Source: Staphylococcus phage BSwM-KMM1
Reading direction: 5' to 3' (one strand)
Length of the DNA: 64,000 bases
Sequence record: OP902294.1
Part shown: positions 19,467-30,415 of the stretch, piece after piece
Numbering within the stretch: the first letter of the stretch is position 1
How the letters are laid out: every line of letters begins with the position of its first letter
Translations under genes and position numbers: made by a program
Notes under the pieces: model-generated
What the model was told of the DNA's origin: nothing
The model's input: the letters and a program-made list of their open reading frames with translations, nothing else
The model's database searches: none

Positions 19467-20158
19467 TTAATAGTAATTATTAGCATCGTGGAAGCTTAAA
19501 GCTCCTGATGTTGAACCATAACGGTCAATCATATATTGTTTAGCACCTTTAGTTTGTTCTGCTATAGAACCTCCACTCCATGATTTACCTAATCCTTGGA
19601 ATAGTCCTTGAGCTCCTGAAGATGCATTAACTGCATTAGGATTCATTGTAGATTCACGCATAGCAATTTCAATCATTGCTTCGTCTCCGCCTGCTTGTCT
19701 AATTTGTTCTGCTACAGAACCACCTGATTTACTTGTAGATTGTGTTGGTTGTTTAGTTTCTTTTTGAACAGGTGCTGATGTTGGTTGTACTTCTTTTTAG
19801 TATCTTGTTCATTTTGAACATCAAATTGAGCTTGTTGTTGGTCTACTTTTTGTTCAGGTGTTTGTTCTTCACCTGCTAATCTAGATACTGTATTATCTAC
19901 TTGAGTTGAGCCTGAGTGGTACTCGTAACCAAAGTTACCATTATAATTATAGAAATGGTAAGTAAACTCTTCATCACTAAATGAGAAGTCGTAGTTACCT
20001 TCTTGAATTGGTTTTGTATTTACTTCTACTGAATTTGATTTAGCTTGTTCAGCTAATTTATTATAGTCAATTTCATCTGCACTAGCTTCGTTTGTAGTAA
20101 TACCTCCAAAAGTAATAACTGTCCCTAATGCTAATGTCGCAAAAATTGTTTTCTTCAT
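19467..20158 (-). CDS. secreted transglycosylase-like protein (IsaA/SLT-like), frameshift near 19795
   Basis: signal peptide MKKTIFATLALGTVITFG...ASA; C-terminal AIAMRESTMNPNAVNASSGAQGLFQ motif. Confidence 0.6.
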
Positions 20159-20323
20159 AAATTTAAAACTCCTTAAATAATTTTTTAGATTTGTGTTTTC
20201 TTAAAACAACATAAGTAATCATAACATATATCTTTTAATAACGCAAGTATAATATAGCACTATTTAGTGTAATAATATTAAGGTTATGTTACAATTGTTA
20301 CTGTTGTCAGATAATTAAAACAT

Positions 20324-20350
20324 AAAAAAAGAGAGGTATTAACCTCTCTC
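20324..20350 (-). terminator. rho-independent terminator
   Basis: AGAGAGGT/ACCTCTCT hairpin followed by U-run on the minus strand. Confidence 0.55.
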
Positions 20351-20354
20351 TCTA

Positions 20355-21148
20355 TTATTTACCTGTTACATCTACGATAGTTCCGTCCCCACCAATTTGA
20401 ATAGGTTGTTTACCATTCCATTTTTCAATTAGTTGTTGTTGTAAAACTTCATCTGTTAATGATTCACTTCTGATATCATTAGCTTTCTTCTCACCTTTTG
20501 CTTCCACTTCTTTTTCTTAGCATTTTGTTCTGCAATTTGTTTATCAACTTTAGTACGTTCTAATTCCTGATTAGCTTTGACTCTCTCATCAATTGCTTTT
20601 TGTGTATTTTTGTCAGCTTTAGGACTAGATAGAGCTATATCATCAATAATAAAACCTTGTTTCTGTAAGTTTTTATTTAACTTATCTAGGGTATCTTGTT
20701 TAATTTCACCAGTTTTAACACCGAATGCATCAATTACTGAGTATTTAGATATAGCTTGTCGTACATTGTCTTGTACTCGTGAACGTAAGTATCCTTTTTC
20801 TAACTCTTCAATATCTGCACTACCAAAACGGTTAAATAAATCTACAGCTTTAGTTGCGTCTACTTTATAAGAAACGTCAATATCCATTGCTAAATTTTTA
20901 CCATCACTCGTTGCTACATTTAAATCCTTATATTTATGTGTTTGCGTTTTAGTTGGGTATTTATTTACTTTATCGAACGGAGCTGTTAAATGCCACCCTG
21001 GTGATTTAGTATCTTCCTTGACTCCGTTTACTGAGTATACAACTCCTACATGTCCTTGTGGAATCTTTGTGATACACATTAATAAAATAATAAATCCTAT
21101 AATTGCTAAAAATCCTATTACTCCTGAAATTACGACTGACTTTCTCAT
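20355..21148 (-). CDS. SPFH/band-7 (prohibitin-like) membrane protein, frameshift near 20500
   Basis: N-terminal TM then HVGVVYSVNG...LSSPKADKNTQKAIDERVKANQE band-7 pattern; true C-terminus continues to stop at 20355. Confidence 0.65.
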
Positions 21149-21456
21149 TACATTTCTCCTTTTTCTATTTCTTTTATTAAGCTATTTAAAGCTTTTTCCT
21201 CTTTGTCTATTTCTAGTTTATCTGCTTTGGTAACAAGAGATTGTCTACGGTCATTCAAAAACTGTTTTTTGTTTTTGATATACTGCTCTAACTCATAGTC
21301 ATTTAATCTACCTTGTCTAACCATTTCCCTGTACTGTCTTCGTATATTACTCTTATGTTCTTTCATAGCTAGAAAGTCAAATAGATAACTTATACCAAAA
21401 CCTACAAGGACTAAGAAAACAATAAAAATAGATAATATTGTTAAAAATAATGCCAT
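21148..21456 (-). CDS. small membrane-anchored coiled-coil protein
   Basis: 102 aa with N-terminal TM helix. Confidence 0.5.
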   Translation of the reverse strand: MALFLTILSIFIVFLVLVGFGISYLFDFLAMKEHKSNIRRQYREMVRQGRLNDYELEQYIKNKKQFLNDRRQSLVTKADKLEIDKEEKALNSLIKEIEKGEM

Positions 21457-21487
21457 GCAATTCCTCCTTTATTTGATTACATATATA

Positions 21488-21516
21488 ACTATACACTATG
21501 TATTATGATTTGTCAA
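21488..21516 (-). promoter_or_regulatory. consensus sigma-A promoter
   Basis: minus strand TTGACA, 17 nt, TATAGT. Confidence 0.55.
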
Positions 21517-21527
21517 CAATTTTTTGC

Positions 21528-21556
21528 AAAAAATAGACGGATTTTAAATCCGTCTA
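21528..21556 (-). terminator. rho-independent terminator after the endolysin
   Basis: AGACGGATT/AATCCGTCT hairpin followed by U-run on the minus strand. Confidence 0.55.
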
Positions 21557-21567
21557 AATTATAATGT

Positions 21568-23051
21568 TACTTGAATGTACCCCAGGCAACACCAGGTATA
21601 TGGTTTGGTGGAACACCTTGACATGTTCTAACAGGGCAATATACTCTGTTACCATTATAAGCGTTATAACCAATCCAAATATGACCTGCTTGAATACAAA
21701 CTTCGTCATATACAATTGTAGCTCCTGCCGGTAAGTTACCTCCTACTGGAGCGTTTAAGAATGGGGAACCTATTCTAGTTACTATAGGTTGGTTACCATT
21801 AACAAACGTTGCCGATTCCGGTTTGTACCAAGTTCCGAACTGGTTCTTTTTCCAAGAACCTGTAACTGGTCTAGTTGCCGGTGTACTTGCACTACTTGTT
21901 TTACCTTTTTAACTACAGTAGAACTTGAAGTTCCGTTACTCATGTAGTTTTTAATTTGTTTAATGAAATAATCTTTTAATTTATTCATTATTGCTTGAGA
22001 TGGTCTACCTTGAGTTACTGGATTGAATCCTGTATGAAGAACCATTGAACGGTGGGGACAAGCTGTAGGAACGAACTCCATGTGTAATCTTACAGTCTTA
22101 CGGTTAGGAGTAAGACCCCATTCTTTAAATTTCTCCGCAGTAAATTGGAATACTGCTTGTTCGTTTTTAAGGAATTGAGCATCACTAGCACTCATTGATT
22201 GACAGACTTCAATACCTGCAAATCTAAAGTTACCTGAGTTAGCTCCTGTTCCATCACCTGTATGCCAAGCAATTTGATTCTTAGCATCTATTGCTTCCCA
22301 TACATAACCTTCTGAACCATAGTAGTGAGCAATACCATTAGCGTATCTAGCATAACCGGCTTTAGCTAAAGAGTTTTCATATTGTTGTCCTGAAGAACGA
22401 CCCGCATCGTTGTGTATTACCATTCCTTCAGGTTTCTTACCACGTTTATCCATTGTATAGTTAATATGGTTCTTAGAAACTTTTAGTGTTGCTTTCTTTT
22501 TAGGTGCAGGAGTTTTACTTGCACTTTTCTTAGCTGTTTCTTTTTAATAGTAGTTCCTGCTTTTACAGGTATCTCTATAAAGTGAGTTAATCCATAATAA
22601 TTATCTACACGTTTTGTAGGCTTTTTGTTAGCATAACCATTCCAGTTTTGCTCCAAAATAGTAAATGTAGAAGTATTACCTCCATCATATACAATACCTA
22701 TATGACCCCACTGTTGATAACTACCTTCTGTATAAACAGCAATCCAACCTTTTTAGGTACTGTAGAAGGTTTATTTTCATGTATTTTAAACCCTGTACCA
22801 TAGTTCTGTTTAATTTGGTCTTTAGCGTTACCCCAAGTTCTTACTTTATTATCTGTTAACCATAACACATAATCAGTAATTAAGTCTTGACATTGTGCGT
22901 GATAATATTTATCTACATCAATTGCCCCTGCTTCCATTACACCAAATGAAGGGTCATAACTCGTTGCTTTCTTAACTCTATAGGGACTATCTACTGTTCC
23001 TTTTGCGTAAGCGTCTAGGCGTTTATTTATTTCTGCTTGAGTCTTAGCCAT
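21568..23051 (-). CDS. lysK: endolysin, LysK-like CHAP-amidase_2-SH3b, intronless but with at least 3 single-A homopolymer deletions
   Basis: [28 protein letters not shown]... and [20 protein letters not shown]...GVAWG read as near-identical to LysK; breaks near 22750, 22515 and 21905 are each one missing A. Confidence 0.85.
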
Positions 23052-23554
23052 TACTTAACTTCCTCCTCCGCAAATACTTTACCATGTTCTTCAGTATCTT
23101 CTTCATCTTGAGAAGGTGCTGAGCCACCATCAATCTCATCTTCGATAGCAAGTACTTCATCACTATCATCAGAATCAGGCTCTGCATTGTTTTCGTAGTT
23201 GTCTAATTCAAAAGTACTAGCTGTATTTGCATTTGCTTGCCACTGAACAAATTCATTAGGGTCTTTACTATCACGAGGTTTAACGTAGTCTGTTTGAACG
23301 ATTTCACTGTCTTTAAGACCTTTAGTATTATTATCAACAATAATACCTAAACCTGCTAATAATGTTAGTATAGAACCTATGATATTTACACCTTGCTCAA
23401 TTTGAGCTGAGTAATCTAAACCAAAAGCACCTGTAATTTGATTAGCAAATAATGCTACTGCTGATATAATTGCTACCCAAAAAGTCTTACTCTTAGTTCT
23501 TGTGCTAAGGTTTATTCCTCCAACAACTTTAGGTTGTTTAGTTTCATTAGCCAT
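23051..23554 (-). CDS. hol: holin
   Basis: [36 protein letters not shown]... two TM helices and acidic C-terminus, like the phage K holin. Confidence 0.8.
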   Translation of the reverse strand: MANETKQPKVVGGINLSTRTKSKTFWVAIISAVALFANQITGAFGLDYSAQIEQGVNIIGSILTLLAGLGIIVDNNTKGLKDSEIVQTDYVKPRDSKDPNEFVQWQANANTASTFELDNYENNAEPDSDDSDEVLAIEDEIDGGSAPSQDEEDTEEHGKVFAEEEVK

Positions 23555-23640
23555 TAAAAAACCGACCTTTCTGTTTATTATTTATTTCTAACAATAATAT
23601 AACAGTAGGTCGGTCATGTTTAACTATATTAATTTAACAC

Positions 23641-23826
23641 TTACTCATTAATTTGATTTAATTTTTTGATAACTTCAGACATTTGTTTATTATCTAAATC
23701 TTCTAGTTTAGTATCAGGAAGTAGCTCTAACTTATCCCAAACTTCTTCTTTGTTAGAAACCTTATTGTTAATAACAGCTTTTCCAACTAAACTCTCTGTA
23801 TAGTATATTTGTTTTGCTGATGCCAT
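23641..23826 (-). CDS. hypothetical protein
   Basis: 61 aa, RBS AAAGGAGAGATATAAATG. Confidence 0.5.
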   Translation of the reverse strand: MASAKQIYYTESLVGKAVINNKVSNKEEVWDKLELLPDTKLEDLDNKQMSEVIKKLNQINE

Positions 23827-23867
23827 TTATATCTCTCCTTTTGAATTCTAAGATTGCATTTATGTAA

Positions 23868-23938
23868 CACACCCTCTAAGAATCGAACTTAGACTAACAG
23901 GTAAAAGACCTGACGTGCTAACATTACACTAAGGGTGT
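23868..23938 (-). tRNA. tRNA, anticodon loop TCTTTTA (UUU-Lys?)
   Basis: perfect acceptor ACACCCT/AGGGTGT, D-arm GTGT..GCAC, T-arm CTAAG-TTCGATT-CTTAG. Confidence 0.55.
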
Positions 23939-23945
23939 TAATTTA

Positions 23946-24019
23946 CGACTCATACGAGATTCGAACTCGTACTCTCTGCCGTGACAGGGCAGTATGTTAA
24001 CCAGTTACATCAATGAGCC
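23946..24019 (-). tRNA. tRNA-Asp (GUC)
   Basis: acceptor GGCTCAT/ATGAGTC, anticodon stem CTGCC/GGCAG with loop CTGTCAC, T-arm ACGAG-TTCGAAT-CTCGT. Confidence 0.7.
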
Positions 24020-24900
24020 AAGAAAATACTATACCCTAACCCTTACCTTGGTGTATAGTAGGTTTTTATATAGGTTCAAAGCAACGTCTTTTATTACCAC
24101 TTACAAATAAAATATAACGAGGAGAAAGGGAAATGAACAAATAGTGGTAATTGGTACCTATATAGGAAATATGTATAATCTACAGGGAGGGAGATATTCG
24201 TTTTTAAAGGAGTGTGAATAATCTATAACATGAAAGAATGAAATTAAACTCCCTGTAGATTCTTTTAATTATCAATAAAAGGAGGAAACTGATAATTGTT
24301 AATAATAAACTATAAAGAGGAAAATATTTATAGTCACATTCTGATATAATGCAACTAAACATCCAAGCATAGCCCTTCTCACAGGGAACGTATGTATAAG
24401 ACCTGTTATTAAGTGAATCACTACGATTGACTCTATTAAGGAGCTACCTTAAGTCCATCTCACGCAATCCAAAAGGATAATGTGATACTAACATATTAGT
24501 TAATAACTTTCACACGGTACGAAGAATTAAATTATGTGGATATCATTATTTTTTCCAACATACCAAATATCTTTTAGTTCTGTAGATTTGTGCTACTTAT
24601 ACTGAGAACCTCTATTATCAAACACATTTCTGTGCTCCAACTACAGTTAGTCTTTACAGCGTATCTTTATAGGATTCCGCTAAGACCCTATAAAGAAGTT
24701 AAACCCTAGCTGTTCTCATACTCTACAGACCTTATACATAAGTACCAAGTATACCAATCATATCTAACGATACTAATGACGACCTATCCTACCGATTGAC
24801 TAACCCGATAAGTTTTAGTTCGTTTGATTATCTTGTACCTTATAGCTACCAAACTATTGTTCAGTCACTATGCTCAGATGTTTAGTTGTATTATTTATAT
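24020..24900 (-). ncRNA. about 0.9 kb ORF-free transcribed leader between two strong promoters and the tRNAs; putative structured non-coding RNA
   Basis: no ORF of 60 aa or more in any frame; two TTGACA-17-TATACT promoters point into it; 13-bp inverted repeat AATCTACAGGGAG/CTCCCTGTAGATT at 24176-24265. Confidence 0.35.
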
Positions 24901-24904
24901 ATTA

Positions 24905-24933
24905 AGTATAACATAATATATATTATTTGTCAA
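24905..24933 (-). promoter_or_regulatory. consensus sigma-A promoter
   Basis: minus strand TTGACA, 17 nt, TATACT. Confidence 0.6.
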
Positions 24934-25038
24934 GTTAATTTAATAAAAAATTTTAAAAAACATTGTTATTATTTGAACTGGAAAACAATGTAATGAAAAA
25001 ACAGTGATGTGTAAGGTATTTGTTTTATTGTTAAATAC

Positions 25039-25067
25039 AGTATACCATAAACTGATACCTTTGTCAA
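25039..25067 (-). promoter_or_regulatory. consensus sigma-A promoter
   Basis: minus strand TTAACTTGACA, 17 nt, TATACTGTA. Confidence 0.6.
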
Positions 25068-25092
25068 GTTAATTTTATACTTTTTTATATTA

Positions 25093-25320
25093 TTATTTAT
25101 CTTTTGTTAATTCTTCTTGAATAGCATCCCATCTTCTTTCTGCTTCACTACGATTATCTTCTATATGTTTTGTAGTTTCACAACATTTAATACAGTATAT
25201 ATCTTTGATGTGTCCTTCTTCTCTTTTATTTGCTCTTTTTCTTGGTACTTTAAATACATTACCACATTCTTTACATACTAAACTTGAGTAAAACATTTTT
25301 TGTCTTTTCATAATTATCAA
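25093..25320 (-). CDS. small zinc-ribbon protein
   Basis: CKECGN...CIKCCETTKH two CxxC pairs; RBS AAAGGAATTGATAATTATG. Confidence 0.55.
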   Translation of the reverse strand: MIIMKRQKMFYSSLVCKECGNVFKVPRKRANKREEGHIKDIYCIKCCETTKHIEDNRSEAERRWDAIQEELTKDK

Positions 25321-25349
25321 TTCCTTTTCTTGTTTTATTTGATAGTTTA

Positions 25350-25378
25350 ACTATATACTATATTGATAAATAAGTCAA
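25350..25378 (-). promoter_or_regulatory. sigma-A promoter
   Basis: minus strand TTGACT, 17 nt, TATAGT. Confidence 0.55.
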
Positions 25379-25413
25379 CAGTTTTATATAAAAAAGTTTA
25401 ATATTTTTGAAGA

Positions 25414-25645
25414 ATCCTTTCATATCAGTACTTACAGAGAAAAAGTACGTATTTAGAAAATAAGGAGTACTCCTATTAAATATATTTATATTCTGATATT
25501 AGTAATTAATAATATTAAATATATAATTATAATTAACAAGAACAGAAAAACTATTATTCTGAATAAGTATCAAATATATTTAAAGTAAAATCCTTTCATA
25601 TCAGTACTTACAGAGAAAAAGTACGTATTTAGAAAATAAGGAAGT
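25414..25645. repeat. two about 55-bp near-identical direct repeats (25414-25469 and 25590-25645) flanking AT-rich tracts
   Basis: ATCCTTTCATATCAGTACTTACAGAGAAAAAGTACGTATTTAGAAAATAAGGA occurs twice 176 bp apart; each holds the inverted repeat AGTACTT..AAGTAC; (AT)n tracts at 25650-25720. Confidence 0.6.
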
Positions 25646-25769
25646 CCCTTATATCTATATATATATATATTACTATTAATAATTATTATCTATATTATAT
25701 ATATATATATTTAACGTTGGAGTCAACAATGATATAAATAAAAAGTGACTACTTAAAGTCACTCAATAA

Positions 25770-25979
25770 TTAAAATACTAATTTAAAAGACTCAATTCTT
25801 TTCGGATTAATATAAACCTGAGGTGAAGTATTACTACTTTCAGTAAATACTTTAATTGATATAGAATCAGCACCACTAATCATATAATCTATATCTTGTC
25901 TACTAAATTTCTTTTCATCAGTAGATACTAAATAATACTTAGCTCCACTTGACATTGTTATTTCTACATGTTTTGACAT
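25770..25979 (-). CDS. hypothetical protein
   Basis: 69 aa, RBS AGGAGAGATTGTAGATG. Confidence 0.5.
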   Translation of the reverse strand: MSKHVEITMSSGAKYYLVSTDEKKFSRQDIDYMISGADSISIKVFTESSNTSPQVYINPKRIESFKLVF

Positions 25980-25991
25980 CTACAATCTCTC

Positions 25992-26324
25992 CTATGCAAA
26001 TTTGTTAAAGACAAAGGATAATATAGCTCCTAGCACAAGCAAAAGAACTTTTTCCGTAGTATCCTTTTTCTTGGTATCTTTAGTTTTTGTACTCTCAGCA
26101 AGTTCTGAAATCTTCTCATCAAGTCTTTCTAACTGGACGTAAATTGCTGATTGTTTTTCACTATTGACAGCTACATCTTTATCTATACTGACTATCATTT
26201 TCCTTAGTTCAGCTACATCAACTTCTAAATCTTTGAAAGTCCCTCTATCTATATAATTACCTTCTTGTATCTTAGACTTAATTGTTTCTACTTGAGAAAC
26301 CAGGTTATTTATTTCCTTATCCAA
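25992..26324 (-). CDS. coiled-coil protein with C-terminal TM anchor
   Basis: 110 aa. Confidence 0.5.
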   Translation of the reverse strand: MDKEINNLVSQVETIKSKIQEGNYIDRGTFKDLEVDVAELRKMIVSIDKDVAVNSEKQSAIYVQLERLDEKISELAESTKTKDTKKKDTTEKVLLLVLGAILSFVFNKFA

Positions 26325-26336
26325 CTAGAATCACCT

Positions 26337-26792
26337 CTAAGGTTTAATCGTTTCAGACTCAGAATGAACATCATAATTTTCTAAGAAATCATTGATAATA
26401 TTCATATAATCATCTGTAACAATTTTTCCATAGGATGTTTTAACATCTATCTCAAATCTAAGTTTACCAAATTGTTGTAAATCAAGTTCTTTTATAACAA
26501 TATTAGGGTCTTCGGAAGGTAAGTAGTAGTAATCAAAGTATATGATGGAACCATTAATAAGGAGTCTATTTATTCTATACATATGGAAAAATTTTCTATC
26601 TCTTTTAAAATGGGATAGTGAATCTTTAAACTCTAACTTAAGGATATCTTTATATTTAGTCAAAGTGGTAACCTCCTTACTATTAATTTTTAAATTTACT
26701 TCTTTTGTGGTATAATAGTTATGATAAAGGCAGTTATTATAATTATGTTTAGGATAATGATAATAATTATTTTTTCTGTAAAAATAAGCCAA
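26337..26792 (-). CDS. hypothetical protein (true start probably downstream of the annotated Met)
   Basis: 151-aa ORF with low-complexity Y/N-rich N-terminus. Confidence 0.45.
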   Translation of the reverse strand: MAYFYRKNNYYHYPKHNYNNCLYHNYYTTKEVNLKINSKEVTTLTKYKDILKLEFKDSLSHFKRDRKFFHMYRINRLLINGSIIYFDYYYLPSEDPNIVIKELDLQQFGKLRFEIDVKTSYGKIVTDDYMNIINDFLENYDVHSESETIKP

Positions 26793-27099
26793 ATACTAAA
26801 AACAGATAAAGCATAGATAGCTGATAGATATACTATATTAATAGTTACCTTACTTTTATCTTTTTATAGATAGAATAACCTAAAGATGTTGTAACACCAC
26901 TAAGTATAAAATAATAGAAACAAAAAAGAGGTATAGACAGAAAAAAGATACGATAATCATCATTAAAACACCTATTTCTTTTGACCTATTATTTATAGAA
27001 CTTTTAGATTACACCACTAATATAACATTAAAAGACAGTCATAAAAGTCAATTGTTAGATTAATAATATAATAAAAAAGACAATAGGAGGTTAGAGTGG

Positions 27100-27555
27100 T
27101 TGAATAATAACATAGCTAAATTCATATTTAAAACACTAGTTATCATTATATTCTTACTACTAATTTTGTCTGTTATTAATTCCTTATCCCTTATTTATTC
27201 AATAAGACCAGGTGTAGTTATGACATACTTTATCTTTGGTGGTATTGTTTCATATGTTGCACTTACTATCATAGATAAGTTCTTACTGAAGAAAGAAGAC
27301 CCCTTACCTGAGTATATTCTTAAAGAAGTAGAGTTAACTAATAAAGAGGTAAAAATAATGAAGAAAATAATAGAAAGTAGTTATGGTATAACTTCAGAAG
27401 AGATAAAAGTAAGAGCAAAAGCACAAAGAAGAGTAGATGAAGATACTCAAAAGGAAGAGACGGATGAAGACAAAAAGCAAATTAAAGAACAAAGAAAAGA
27501 ACTAAAGGATGGTGCTAACTCTATTTCCTTAGTAAAAAAGGAGATAAAAGAATAG
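27100..27555 (+). CDS. membrane protein with charged C-terminal tail, first gene of the rightward module
   Basis: two N-terminal TM helices; TTG start. Confidence 0.5.
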   Translation: MNNNIAKFIFKTLVIIIFLLLILSVINSLSLIYSIRPGVVMTYFIFGGIVSYVALTIIDKFLLKKEDPLPEYILKEVELTNKEVKIMKKIIESSYGITSEEIKVRAKAQRRVDEDTQKEETDEDKKQIKEQRKELKDGANSISLVKKEIKE

Positions 27556-27738
27556 TTAGTGCTAGTCGTATTTGTAGTCTTTGCGGTCAGCAATTATCAG
27601 GATTAAATTACACTAAAGGTAAAGCACTATCAAAAGTTAACCATTTTCATTTACAGTACTCTAAGTATATTTATTTTGATATTTGTGCAGATATTAATAA
27701 TTGTTATAAAAATTTAAGAAAAAGAGGTGAAATGGATT

Positions 27739-28146
27739 GAGTGCAGATAATATTAGAGATATAATTAACAAGAAAAAGTTAGAAGAAGAAGATACAAGAA
27801 AGTATATAGCTGATGGATTTATGAATGGTATCGGTAAATTAATGTATGAGTTTAATAAAAAGTAGATAATAAAGAAATAGAAGTTAAAGACCCTAACGAC
27901 TTATATAAACTATTCGTTATATTCTCTCAAATGCAAAATATGGTTAATGAGACTTCTGAGGGAGGAGCAATACCTCAATTGTCTAGACCACAACAAGAAT
28001 TATTTGAAGAGATTACAACAGAAGATAGTAATGGGGAATCTACAGTTGATTTACAAAAGATATCAGAAATGACAGCGGAAGATATTACAGCAATGATTTC
28101 TGAAAAAGAGAAAGTAATGAATGAGGAAAATTCCGAAACATTCTAA
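27739..28146 (+). CDS. hypothetical acidic protein upstream of terL (terminase small subunit candidate), frameshift near 27865
   Basis: MDWSADNIRDIINKK... and MQNMVNETSEGG... fragments are collinear; position just before terL. Confidence 0.35.
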
Positions 28147-28160
28147 GGAGAGATAGATGT

Positions 28161-29976
28161 ATGGATGGAAAAGAACTAATTAAGATAGCACAAGAAACAT
28201 TTCAAACAGAAAAAATAACAAGGGAGCAGGTAGACCATATAATTAATATGTTAAACCCTTCTACCTATATGCTTAAGTACCATACTTTGAGGGGCACCCT
28301 ATTACTTTTAGTATTCCTAATAGGGATAGAAGTAAAGCACAAGCACATAGACCGTGGCAAACTAGGATTGTAAATGATACTCATCCTAATAAGGCTGTAA
28401 TAAAATCACGTCAGTTAGGTCTTAGTGAAATGGGTGTAATGGAAATGGTTCATTTTGCAGATATGCATAGCTATGCTAACGCAAAGTGTCTATATACATT
28501 CCCTACTAACGAACAAATGAAAAAATTTGTTCAGTCACGTTTGAACCCTGTTTTAGAAAAAGAATATTTTAGAGATATCGTTGATTGGGATAAAGACTCA
28601 TTAGGTTTTAAAAGATAAGAAACTCTAGCCTATTCTTTAGAACAAGTTCTAAAGCAAGTACTGTAGAGGGTGTAGATATTGACTATTTATCCTTAGATGA
28701 GTATGATAGGGTAAATTTATTAGCAGAGTCATCTGCATTAGAGTCAATGTCTTCATCACCTTTTAAGATTGTTAGAAGATGGAGCACACCTTCAGTACCT
28801 GGAATGGGTATTCATAAACTATACCAACAATCAGACCAATGGTATTATGGTCACAGATGTCAACATTGTGATTACTTAAATGAAATGAGTTATAATGATT
28901 ACAACCCTAATAACCTTGAAGAAAGTGGAAATATGTTATGTGTTAATCCGGATGGAGTAGATGAACAAGCTAAAACAGTTCAAAACGGTAGTTATCAATT
29001 TGTATGTCAGAGCTGTGGTAAACCATTAGATAGATGGTATAATGGTGAGTGGCATTGTAAGTACCCTGAACGTACGAAAGGTAATAAAGGGGTACGAGGA
29101 TATCTAATAACACAAATGAACGCTGTATGGATATCTGCGGATGAATTGAAAGAAAAAGAAATGAATACAGAATCTAAACAAGCATTCTATAATTATATTT
29201 TAGGTTATCCCTTTGAAGATGTTAAACTTAGAGTTAATGAAGAAGATGTTTATGGTAATAAATCTCCAATTGCAGAAACACAATTAATGAAACGAGGTAG
29301 ATATTCTCATATAGCTATCGGTATAGATTGGGGAAATACTCATTGGATAACTGTTCATGGTATGCTTCCTAATGGTAAAGTAGATTTAATAAGACTATTT
29401 TCTGTTAAGAAAATGACTAGACCTGATATGGTAGAGGCAGATTTAGAAAAAATAATTTGGGAAATTTCTAAGTATGACCCTGACATTATAATTGCAGATA
29501 ATGGAGATTCAGGTAATAATGTTCTAAAACTTATTAATCATTTTGGTAAAGATAAAGTATTTGGATGTACCTATAAATCGTCTCCTAAATCTACAGGACA
29601 GCTAAGACCTGAATTCAATGAAAATAATAATAGGGTTACAGTAGATAAGTTAATGCAAAACAAAAGATATGTCCAAGCACTTAAGACAAAAGATATTAGT
29701 GTTTATAGCACAGTAGATGATAGTTTAAGAACTTTCTTAAAACATTGGCAAAATGTTGTTATTATGGATGAAGAAGATGAGAAAACAGGAGAAATGTACC
29801 AAGTAATTAAACGTAAAGGTGACGACCACTATGCACAAGCAAGTGTCTACGCTTATATAGGATTAACGAGAATAAAAGAATTATTAAAAGAAGGAAATGG
29901 TACAAGCTTCGGTTCTACCTTTGTTTCTACTGATTACAACCAAGAAGGAAATAAACAATTCTACTTTGATGAATAG
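28161..29976 (+). CDS. terL: terminase large subunit, intronless, at least 2 homopolymer frameshifts (about 28290-28340 and 28615)
   Basis: Walker A-like VIKSRQLGLSE; Walker B DIDYLSLDEYD recovered in alternate frame; C-terminal nuclease domain 409-aa ORF. Confidence 0.8.
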
Positions 29977-30415
29977 AGGTGAAATAGACTTGACAGATAA
30001 ATTATTTTATGATACAATTAATAATGAAGAAATTAATAAAAGTGTATTGAATTTGTTGTTAGGTGAGGAACTATCCTTAGATTATGTTTCTAAAAATAGT
30101 GATGAGTTAGATACTAAGTATAGTCATATTTATAAATCTTTAGGATTTGAAAACTTCTTTGATTGTTTCTTGTATGCTACTAGAGAGCCTGAGGTAGTTC
30201 ATAAAGGTGGAGATAAAAACCTAGGAGGACTAAATAAGGTTAAAAGAACTGTTGTTAGAAATGGCAAAGAAATGCAAATGACCGTTTACGAAGATGGTAA
30301 TGGAGATAACGACAGTAAAGAGAAACAAGAAGGCAAAGAAGAAGTTAGTAGAAGTGCGGTAGGAGCAAGAGCTATTTCTAACGGTGAAGAAGGAAAGGTA
30401 AACCCTAAAAAGTAG
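29969..30415 (+). CDS. hypothetical protein
   Basis: ATG overlaps terL stop; 149 aa. Confidence 0.5.
   Translation: MNRGEIDLTDKLFYDTINNEEINKSVLNLLLGEELSLDYVSKNSDELDTKYSHIYKSLGFENFFDCFLYATREPEVVHKGGDKNLGGLNKVKRTVVRNGKEMQMTVYEDGNGDNDSKEKQEGKEEVSRSAVGARAISNGEEGKVNPKK

Noticed and set aside
20577-21233. Plus-strand ORFs 20577-20870 and 21018-21233
   Set aside because: Antisense to the SPFH gene and the downstream membrane-protein gene.
22453-22698. Gap between CHAP and amidase ORFs of the endolysin as a possible group I intron (phage K lysK has one)
   Set aside because: Only about 245 bp, and it translates as LysK linker sequence once a single A is restored; a frameshift, not an intron. terL likewise shows no intron-sized insertion.
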